Shown here: positions 4,734 to 11,183 of the stretch, in pieces
How the letters are laid out: each line of letters opens with the position of its first letter
How positions within the stretch are numbered: position 1 is the first letter of the stretch
DNA from: Bdellovibrionia bacterium
Lineage (GTDB): Bacteria > Bdellovibrionota > UBA1018
Direction: 5' to 3'
Length of the DNA stretch: 11,183 bases
NCBI GenBank assembly: GCA_045805065.1
Contig: JBJMMA010000081.1
Location: 1 to 11,183, forward strand
Position numbers and translations under genes: made by a program
Notes under the pieces: model-generated
What the model saw: the letters and a program-made list of their open reading frames with translations, nothing else
Told to the model about the DNA's origin: nothing
The model's database searches: none

Positions 4734-7352
4734 ATGTCAGAAAATCATTCAGAGAAAGATAATACAATCGAAGTGTCTCAACCACCCGTCAAGAGCCAGG
4801 GCTTGATCCTTCCGGATCAGATCCTGCCTCCTAATCTTTTTATCTTACCGATCAACGGGCCAACCGTTTATCCGACGCTGCTTGCGCCGCTTCTCGTCTC
4901 CAACCCACGCATGGTTGCGATGATCGAAGAGGCGCTCAATCGCCAGCGCCTGATCGGGCTTTTGATCACGCGTGAGGGTGAGCCAACCGAAAACACCAAG
5001 CCTGAAGATCTTTATGGCGTCGGCGTGGTCGTTAAGATCGTGAAACGCCTGAAGATGCCGGATGGCTCCGTAAACTTGCTCGTTCACAGCATGAAGCGCT
5101 TCCGCTCCAAACGCGTGCTCTCTGAGCATCCTTACCTTGTCGTTGAGACTGAGTATCTTGAAGATATCGCTGAGAAGTCCAATGAGATGGACGCACTCAC
5201 TCGCTCAGTTATCAGCCACGTCAAAAAGCTTTCTGAAACCAATCCATTCTTCACCGAAGAAATGCGCTTGGCGATGATCAATGCGCCGGGCCCAAGCACG
5301 GTGGCGGATCTTGTGGCATTCGCGTTAGCGCTCCCAAAGGGAGACGCGCAGGATTTCCTGGAAACGCTTTCAGTCAAGGCTCGTTTTGAAAAGCTTCTCA
5401 TTCATCTTCGTCACGAGCAGGAGGTCTCAGACCTTCAGCGCAAGATTAACGATGATGTGAACAATAAGCTCAACAAGCTTCAGCGCGAGTTCTTTTTGAA
5501 AGAACAGATGAAGACCATCAAGCGCGAACTTGGCATGGAAGAGGACGGAAAAGAAAAATCCGCCCGCACCTTCCGCGAGCGCATCGAGGCCGCAGGAATG
5601 CCGGACGATGTGAAAAAGATCGCGATCGAAGAGCTTGAGAAGTTTGAGAGCATCTCAGAGAACTCTCCTGAATATAACGTCTCTCGCAACTATCTTGAGA
5701 CGCTCGTGTCTTTGCCATGGAGCAAAGAGACGGTCGATGATCTGGATCTCACGCACGCGCAAGAGGTCCTCGATGCCGAACACTATGGCCTGGAGAAGGT
5801 CAAAGAGCGCATCTTGGAGTTTCTCGCGGTCCGTAACTTAAAGAAAGACGTCAAAGGCTCGATCATTTGCTTGGTTGGACCTCCGGGCGTCGGTAAGACT
5901 TCGATCGCAAAATCGATTGCAAAAACCTTGGGTAGAACGTTTTTCCGTTTCAGCTTAGGTGGCATGCGCGATGAGGCTGAGATCAAAGGCCATCGCCGGA
6001 CTTACGTCGGCGCAATGCCTGGCAAGGTCTTGCAAGGCGTTCGTCGCGCGGGCACTCGCAACTGCGTTCTTGTTCTCGATGAGATCGATAAGCTTGGAAA
6101 CTCCTATCAAGGCGATCCGGCAAGCGCGCTTCTTGAGGTGCTTGATCCTGAGCAAAACTCAGCGTTCCTCGATCACTATGTCGATGTTCCGTATGATCTG
6201 TCGCACGTGCTTTTCATCACGACAGCAAACACCACGGCATCCATTCCTGGTCCATTGCTTGACCGTATGGAAGTGATTGAGCTCTCCGGCTACACGCTTG
6301 AGGAGAAGGAAGACATCGCTTCTCGCTACATCATTCCGCGCGAGCTCGAGTCCCATGGCTTGAAGCCAGGTCAGCTCAAGATCGAAAAAACAGCGCTTCG
6401 TAAGATCATGCACGAGTATGCTCGTGAGCCAGGTCTTCGTACTTTGCAGCAGCTCATTGGTCGCATCGCTCGCAAGAGCGCGGCTAAGATTGTTAAAGAG
6501 ACGAGTCAAGTTAGCGCGAAAGCTAGTCGTAGTAGAAAGGCCGCTGGTAAATCCAGCGGCGCGACGTCGCATAAGTCTTCCCCGATCGTAATCCGCGAAG
6601 AAGGGCTGTCTGAATGGCTGGGCCCTCAACGCTATTACAATGAGACGTCTGAGAGAATCACGACTCCGGGTGTTGTCACAGGCTTGGCCTGGACCTCAAC
6701 CGGCGGAGATATTCTCTTCATCGAAGCCACGGATCTTCCAGGTGGTGGCAATCTCAAGCTCACTGGTCAGATGGGCCAGGTGATGACCGAGAGCGCATCG
6801 ATTGCCTGGAGCTATGTGAAGAAGAAGCTTGCGGCTGAGAACAAATACGATCGCAAGTTTTTCCGTAACAATGATTTCCATCTGCATATTCCTGCAGGAG
6901 CGATCCCTAAGGATGGCCCATCCGCAGGCGTGACGATGGCAACCGCTCTTTACTCACTGATCACCGGACGCAAGGCCAAGCAGAAGCTTGCGATGACAGG
7001 CGAGCTCTCGCTTGTGGGCAAGGTTCTTCCTGTCGGCGGTATCAAGGAAAAGCTCCTGGCCGCGCGTCGGGCTGGAATCACGACTGTGATTCTTCCCAAG
7101 CTCAACGAAAAAGACGTTCAGGAAGTACCTGAGTACGCCTTGAAGGGAATGACTCTTCACTTCGCAAGTCGCATCGAAGAAGTACTTGATCTTGCGCTGG
7201 TTGAGACCAAGACCGAGCGTCAGCTTCGCAGTCCTGCTGTTTTGCGCTCTGGCACTGCCACTCGCAAATCAAAGGCGAAGGTCGCAGTACGTGCAACGGC
7301 CACGAAAAAGAAGACAATCAAAAAGCGCAGCTCAGAAAAGCGGGCGCACTGA
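4734..7352 (+). CDS. lon: ATP-dependent protease La (LonA)
   Basis: 872 aa. N-terminal LON substrate domain, [21 protein letters not shown], Walker [25 protein letters not shown], Walker [23 protein letters not shown], catalytic Ser in PKDGPSAG and Lys in PVGGIKEK. Confidence 0.99.
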   Translation: MSENHSEKDNTIEVSQPPVKSQGLILPDQILPPNLFILPINGPTVYPTLLAPLLVSNPRMVAMIEEALNRQRLIGLLITREGEPTENTKPEDLYGVGVVVKIVKRLKMPDGSVNLLVHSMKRFRSKRVLSEHPYLVVETEYLEDIAEKSNEMDALTRSVISHVKKLSETNPFFTEEMRLAMINAPGPSTVADLVAFALALPKGDAQDFLETLSVKARFEKLLIHLRHEQEVSDLQRKINDDVNNKLNKLQREFFLKEQMKTIKRELGMEEDGKEKSARTFRERIEAAGMPDDVKKIAIEELEKFESISENSPEYNVSRNYLETLVSLPWSKETVDDLDLTHAQEVLDAEHYGLEKVKERILEFLAVRNLKKDVKGSIICLVGPPGVGKTSIAKSIAKTLGRTFFRFSLGGMRDEAEIKGHRRTYVGAMPGKVLQGVRRAGTRNCVLVLDEIDKLGNSYQGDPASALLEVLDPEQNSAFLDHYVDVPYDLSHVLFITTANTTASIPGPLLDRMEVIELSGYTLEEKEDIASRYIIPRELESHGLKPGQLKIEKTALRKIMHEYAREPGLRTLQQLIGRIARKSAAKIVKETSQVSAKASRSRKAAGKSSGATSHKSSPIVIREEGLSEWLGPQRYYNETSERITTPGVVTGLAWTSTGGDILFIEATDLPGGGNLKLTGQMGQVMTESASIAWSYVKKKLAAENKYDRKFFRNNDFHLHIPAGAIPKDGPSAGVTMATALYSLITGRKAKQKLAMTGELSLVGKVLPVGGIKEKLLAARRAGITTVILPKLNEKDVQEVPEYALKGMTLHFASRIEEVLDLALVETKTERQLRSPAVLRSGTATRKSKAKVAVRATATKKKTIKKRSSEKRAH

Positions 7353-7358
7353 GCTGCA

Positions 7359-7769
7359 TTAGGCCGCGATTCCAAAGTCGTGTGCGTAGGTGACTTTCGG
7401 CATTTGAACGACGATCCGAGTGTAGTCAAAAGCTAGCCGAGGGATCTTAGAGCCTTTTGCGTCTTCACTCTCTTCAAGTCGAATGAATCCCATTGCTTCT
7501 AGTGCGGTGCAATCGCGCTGAACATTGGCAAAGTCTCGCTCCACGAGTTGCGCGAGCTGATAAATGGATTTGGGGTTTTGGCCAATAATCGTGGCTAAGA
7601 TCGCGAGTTTTTGCTCGGTCATAAATTTTTGATACGCAGTGACCGAGCCGAAAGTGAGTGTGTCTTTTCTATCAATGCTGCGTTGTCTTGCTTTTAATGC
7701 AGTTTGAACGCGATCCATGAAGTTTTCCCAGGCTTCAAATCGAATAAACAAAGTCTTATTTTTGCTCAT
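7359..7769 (-). CDS. HVO_A0114-family (COG4190-like) winged-helix DNA-binding protein, probable antitoxin
   Basis: 136 aa from ATG 7769 (SD AGAAAGGA 9 nt upstream, preferred to TTG 7778). Signature LTFGS-----KFMTEQKLAIL--I----PKSIYQLAQLVERDFANVQRDC-ALE-MGFI-LE.......KIP-L-FD. Confidence 0.85.
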   Translation of the reverse strand: MSKNKTLFIRFEAWENFMDRVQTALKARQRSIDRKDTLTFGSVTAYQKFMTEQKLAILATIIGQNPKSIYQLAQLVERDFANVQRDCTALEAMGFIRLEESEDAKGSKIPRLAFDYTRIVVQMPKVTYAHDFGIAA

Positions 7770-7894
7770 TTCTGACAATCCTTTCTACTTCTTGACGGAA
7801 AATCTTCAGAGCCTCGTTGTAATCGTGCACCGGAAGCTGAATGCGTACGTTTTTATCCTCGGGTAACTCTGTATGACTCTGTTACTCGCTCCAT
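7756..7894 (-). pseudogene. Remnant of a toxin-like gene (probably TumE/DUF6516-like) overlapping the antitoxin start
   Basis: Minus-strand frame 7881-7756 reads QSHTELPEDKNVRIQLPVHDYNEALKIFRQEVERIVRNEQK*. It overlaps ATG 7769 by 14 nt, has an in-frame TAA directly upstream (7884-7882) and has no ATG. An out-of-frame ATG 7894 (MERVTES...) may be the original 5' end. The terminal amphipathic helix AL-IF--EVERI and the position match the usual partner of HVO_A0114 genes. Confidence 0.6.
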
Positions 7895-7898
7895 TCAT

Positions 7899-7928
7899 AG
7901 ATTACTCTGTTGATATATGTTCAGTAAA
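7899..7928 (-). promoter_or_regulatory. Possible sigma70 promoter of the toxin-remnant/antitoxin unit
   Basis: On the minus strand: TTTACT (7928-7923) - 18 nt - TAATCT (7904-7899), just upstream of ATG 7894. Confidence 0.3.
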
Positions 7929-7954
7929 CGTATGTCTGGTGCTTTAGAGAAACC

Positions 7955-8662
7955 TTAGTTGTTTCGCGCAGTAACACTGCAGTCCCGGCACGAAGTCATG
8001 ATCAAGTAACCAGAAATCTTGGACGCAAGCTCTTGGATGGCTTGATTGGTCGCGCGCTCGATCGGAGGGCGTGATTTGCCTTCATGTGATCCGCCGATTC
8101 CGTAGACGCTGCCTTCGACGCCATAGCCTTCGTCTTTGATTTCAGAGTAGGCATCGAAGGATTTGATGATCTCTCCTGTTTCAACGGATACAATTTGTCC
8201 AACGAGTTTCACTTTCGAAATGGCGCTCTTCTTTTTCACACCCAGATCAACTGAGGGACCTCCAAGCAAGGAGACGATTCCACCGAGCTGAACGCCTGAC
8301 TTGGATTGCTCTTCACAGACGCCAAGTTCGGTGATGCCACCCGTGATGGTGTATTTGGCTGCGATGAACTGGTTCCTTTTAGCGACGGTCTTCTTGTTCA
8401 GGTTTGGGAGACCGTATTCGTTTGAGTAGATATTACGAATGTCTTTACGCTCAAGGACTTTGAGCCCGTTTCTGCTCAGCTCTCTTTCAAGCTCAGTTCT
8501 CAGTTGGTCTTCCTGGGAAAAAGACCAGCCATGGCACGTGTCATAGACATGGTTTACTTCTTGCTGAAAGCGGGTCACCGAAACAGGAACAGTCCCGGGT
8601 TGCGCAAAGCTATTCAGTGCGGAACCCAAACAAATCAAACTAACCCAGGCCGACTTCTTCAT
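7955..8662 (-). CDS. CsgG/HfaB-family exported protein
   Basis: Signal peptide (…ALNSFA|Q). VSV--F, L--ELS--GLKVLERKDI--I--E--L, AAKYTITGGITE, Gly-rich hairpins, and VKLVGQIVSVETGEIIKS are CsgG/HfaB hallmarks. SD AAGGAG upstream. No curli genes in the window. Confidence 0.85.
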   Translation of the reverse strand: MKKSAWVSLICLGSALNSFAQPGTVPVSVTRFQQEVNHVYDTCHGWSFSQEDQLRTELERELSRNGLKVLERKDIRNIYSNEYGLPNLNKKTVAKRNQFIAAKYTITGGITELGVCEEQSKSGVQLGGIVSLLGGPSVDLGVKKKSAISKVKLVGQIVSVETGEIIKSFDAYSEIKDEGYGVEGSVYGIGGSHEGKSRPPIERATNQAIQELASKISGYLIMTSCRDCSVTARNN

Positions 8663-8692
8663 ACTGACTCCTTTTTGTGAGGAGCCGCTTAG

Positions 8693-8707
8693 GCAAATCG
8701 GGAGCCA
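8693..8707 (-). promoter_or_regulatory. Putative sigma54 (-24/-12) promoter for the CsgG-like gene
   Basis: Minus strand TGGCTC-CCGAT-TTGC matches TGGCAC-N5-TTGC with correct GG/GC spacing, about 30 nt upstream of ATG 8662. Confidence 0.65.
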
Positions 8708-8725
8708 TCAAAAAAGGCAGTCATT

Positions 8726-11183
8726 TCAATAGTTCGAAGGTTGAACCCGGTTCTTAAACGAACCAATTGGGAGAGATTCGCTAAGGGTTCTTTCGATTCG
8801 ATCCATACGGGCATCGATGTCGGCGCTCTCCGCTTGAAGTGTCGCAATGTCTTTTCTTTGTTGCTCTGCTTTTTCGAAGAGTTGTGCGATCCGAGAGTTC
8901 ATCGTTTTGATGGCCTCAATGACAGGTGCAATCAAGTGATCGTAGGCCACGGACTTCAAGCCCGTGCTTGAATCGGTCAAAACGACCTCTGGATAAACTT
9001 TCTCGAGATCTTGAGCGATCAAACCGATCTGATGTTTGTCACTGAAGCGCTGCTTGTCTTTCCAGTCATATTCAACGCCTTGGAGCTTGAGGATCCTATC
9101 AATCGAGTTCTCAAGCGGGGAAATGTTCTCCTTGAGTCTTTGGTCAGACGATGATGTGCATCCTGTGCTGGTGCAAATCGAAGTGCCACCAATACGAAAG
9201 GCACTTGAAGAAGCAATATTAACGTCGCCGGCTACGTTGAGCTTGTAATTGGGGGTCCAGCCTCCAATGCTGAGACCTCCGTTGTATTGAATGCGCATTC
9301 TTTCAGAAGCGCCTGTTCCTGAACCATTCAGGCCCGTGCTGAAAACCATGTCTGTCCCATGAGCGGAGGCAGACCAGTTTTCATTAACGTATGCAGCAAT
9401 GTACATAGCATTTGAATGGCCAGATCCAGTATAGCCCAGCACTTCCAGAGTGCCGAGAGTGTCTGTGGATTGAACGGCGCTTGGGCTTGCAGAGCTTCCG
9501 CGCGAAGTTCCCAGGACAGCTATCGGATATCCTGGTGTGCTGCCCGCATAGTTTCTCACAATTAAACCAGGGTGTCTTTGCGTGGTGGAGCTTTTGTTCT
9601 GCGTCATCAGGAGGAGGTTAGATGTATCGGGTTTGGAGATGACGAGGTCGTATTGAGGGCTAGCGGTGCCAAGCCCAACCTTGCCTGACGAATCAATCGT
9701 CAGTCTATTGGACGTATTCAAGTCTCCCGCAGTGTCTTTGCTGATCTTGAATTTGTTGGAGTCAGAAGCATCCAATCCAGCTTGCCATTGAGCGGTTCCT
9801 GGAACCCGCCAGGTCATTTTGGGATTACCTGATGTGCCGCGATCGATGATCAGGTTTGTGTCAGCCGTTTTCCCCACGATCTGGAGGTGTCCCGTGGGAC
9901 CAGTCGTTCCAATGCCAGCTTTGCCGGCAAAATAGCTTTGCGCGGTCGCGCTTGAGTAAAACGCATAATTACCGGTCGCAGCACCAATGTTTGCGACTTC
10001 AATTCCCTTATTGGTGCCAGAGCCAAATCCAGTGACAAGGTCGCTTGAAAGTCCCGTGAAGTTTGTCAGTGTTGAGCTGCCGATCACGGGTCCCTGAATG
10101 ATAACTCCTTTGGCGCTGGTAACGTTTCCCGCAAGAGATGGGGCAATCGAACAGCTCTTTCCAGCTGTCGGGACTAATCCATCATTGAGGTAGAGTGTAG
10201 GGTAAGAGGCGCCTTGATCACCTGTGAAAGTGATTGCGCCTCCAGCAACTTCGAGTGGAAGGCTGGGTGATGCCGTACCGATGCCAACCTTCCCGGCAGT
10301 AAAGTAGAGATCGGCTCCCGTCGGAGCCCAGGGTGCTCCACCCGTTCCTCCAGTAGCGCCAGCGGTTCCCGTTGCCCCAGTGGTGCCGGTAGCACCCGTA
10401 GCGCCAGTCGATCCATCTGCACCTGTTGCGCCTGTAACTCCTGCAGCGCCTGCAGTACCCGACGCGCCTGCAATACCTGCAGCGCCTGCAATGCCTGACG
10501 CGCCTGTCGCACCAGTAGCGCCATTTAATCCTGCTGTACCTGTGGCTCCCATAGCGCCGGTCGCACCGCTTGCGCCCGTTGTGCCAATGGCACCTGCAGC
10601 GCCTGCAATGCCTGACGCGCCTGTCGCACCAGTAGCGCCATTTAATCCTGCTGTACCTGTGGCTCCCGTAGCGCCGGTCGCACCGCTTGCGCCCGTTGTG
10701 CCAATGGCACCTGTTGCACCCATCAGGCCGCTGGTTAAGCCAACCCATTTTCCTGTTGAGTCAATGAGCTCTGTTCCGTTGATCATCAAACCGTGACTTG
10801 AGGGAATGACGGTATCAGAGCCCGAGAGCTGAATGAAGTTTCCAAGCGGGATGCCTTGAAACGTCTCGGTGCTCCAGGCCTGTGGCGCTGCGCTGATCAC
10901 TTCGTCTGGGCTGAGAAAAGACGGTATCCCAGTAGTGCTTGGCGTGACTTTAACCTGCATGAGTCGCGCATCGCCTGGTGCAGTCGTGTAGCCATTTATG
11001 CAATTGGTTCCTGCGGCGCGAACGAGTGCTCCGTCGTTTCTGAAAACGGTTGCCATGTTAAGACCAGGATCGCTCGCCGTGCGCTTAACTGCGCCTGGAA
11101 TGGATCCCAATTGGATGGAATACATCCCGTTTGTTGCGAAGGTATCGATCGTTTGAGTCTCCTCGTAAAGAAGACAGTCTTTA
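8726..11183 (-). CDS. Trimeric tail-fibre-like adhesin (Bdellovibrio MAT-like) with collagen stalk and C-terminal peptidase S74 intramolecular chaperone; 5' end outside the window
   Basis: The frame stays open upstream of ATG 11125 to the window edge (KDCLLYEETQTIDTFATNG|MYSIQLGS), a motif resembling Bdellovibrio fibre N-termini. 44 Gly-X-Y triplets, four G-VGIGT-SP-type shaft motifs, then SS|DQRLKENI...YDWKD...IGLIAQDLEKVYPEVV...VAYDHLIAPVIEAIK and a coiled coil (S74/ICA). Confidence 0.92.
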   Translation of the reverse strand, partial: KDCLLYEETQTIDTFATNGMYSIQLGSIPGAVKRTASDPGLNMATVFRNDGALVRAAGTNCINGYTTAPGDARLMQVKVTPSTTGIPSFLSPDEVISAAPQAWSTETFQGIPLGNFIQLSGSDTVIPSSHGLMINGTELIDSTGKWVGLTSGLMGATGAIGTTGASGATGATGATGTAGLNGATGATGASGIAGAAGAIGTTGASGATGAMGATGTAGLNGATGATGASGIAGAAGIAGASGTAGAAGVTGATGADGSTGATGATGTTGATGTAGATGGTGGAPWAPTGADLYFTAGKVGIGTASPSLPLEVAGGAITFTGDQGASYPTLYLNDGLVPTAGKSCSIAPSLAGNVTSAKGVIIQGPVIGSSTLTNFTGLSSDLVTGFGSGTNKGIEVANIGAATGNYAFYSSATAQSYFAGKAGIGTTGPTGHLQIVGKTADTNLIIDRGTSGNPKMTWRVPGTAQWQAGLDASDSNKFKISKDTAGDLNTSNRLTIDSSGKVGLGTASPQYDLVISKPDTSNLLLMTQNKSSTTQRHPGLIVRNYAGSTPGYPIAVLGTSRGSSASPSAVQSTDTLGTLEVLGYTGSGHSNAMYIAAYVNENWSASAHGTDMVFSTGLNGSGTGASERMRIQYNGGLSIGGWTPNYKLNVAGDVNIASSSAFRIGGTSICTSTGCTSSSDQRLKENISPLENSIDRILKLQGVEYDWKDKQRFSDKHQIGLIAQDLEKVYPEVVLTDSSTGLKSVAYDHLIAPVIEAIKTMNSRIAQLFEKAEQQRKDIATLQAESADIDARMDRIERTLSESLPIGSFKNRVQPSNY
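10334..10729 (-). repeat. Collagen-like Gly-X-Y repeat (44 uninterrupted triplets)
   Basis: GLM-GAT-GAI-GTT...GAT-GGT-GGA, 132 aa, mostly Gly/Ala/Thr with no Pro. Confidence 0.95.
10478..10711. repeat. 117-bp tandem duplication inside the collagen region
   Basis: Units 10478-10594 and 10595-10711 are identical except a10551 vs g10668 (Met vs Thr). Confidence 0.95.

Noticed and set aside
4845..7429. Many short antisense or alternative-frame ORFs over lon (and similarly over the matrixin)
   Set aside because: They lie entirely or almost entirely within well-supported genes and show no recognisable motifs.
7955..8662. Curli operon / assigning the symbol csgG
   Set aside because: No csgA/B/E/F-like genes, no lipobox, and family-level similarity only. 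The C-terminal CRDC was also noted, but a lone CxxC in a tail supports no functional call.
10174..10748. Minus-strand alternative-frame ORFs with Arg/Cys/Trp or LQA repeats
   Set aside because: Frame-shifted shadows of the collagen repeat inside the fibre gene, with no independent signals.
10380..10796. Plus-strand 138-aa Pro/Val/Ala-repeat ORF (PVAPVA...)
   Set aside because: It is the antisense mirror of the Gly-X-Y codons (GGN reads as NCC/CCN), so openness is expected from the collagen repeat.
11123..11125. ATG 11125 as the start of the fibre gene
   Set aside because: The frame is open to the window edge with conserved-looking residues (CLLYEETQ) and no signal peptide follows this Met, so the true start is outside the window.
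8726..11183. Prophage tail module
   Set aside because: No other phage structural, lysis or integrase genes are in the window, and the architecture fits cellular MAT-like fibres. Only the unseen upstream side remains untested.

Overview
An 11.2 kb bacterial chromosomal window, most likely from a Bdellovibrionota/Oligoflexia-type organism (inferred from the fibre protein and gene styles, not proven). On the left are the 3' end of a possible DUF6160/FilA-like gene, an ABM-fold small protein, a long bidirectional terminator and a minus-strand tRNA-Lys(CTT). A plus-strand envelope/proteolysis cluster follows: a membrane-anchored OB-fold (TIMP/NTR-like) protein, a secreted matrixin (M10-like metzincin) with no propeptide and a Cys-containing C-terminal anchor, an AMIN-like protein, a BamC-like lipoprotein, and Lon protease with an RpoH-like promoter and extra basic segments. 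Converging on lon is a minus-strand block: an HVO_A0114-family antitoxin-like HTH gene, an unannotated broken remnant of its probable TumE/DUF6516-like toxin partner, a CsgG/HfaB-family gene with a sigma54-type promoter, and a 5'-truncated trimeric fibre adhesin (MAT-like, peptidase S74 chaperone) carrying a proline-free collagen stalk with a recent 117-bp duplication. I see no CRISPR array, integrase, transposase or rRNA. The best novelty candidates are the protease/TIMP-like pair, the collagen fibre next to the CsgG-like gene, and the orphaned antitoxin. All family calls come from motif recognition by eye, not database searches.
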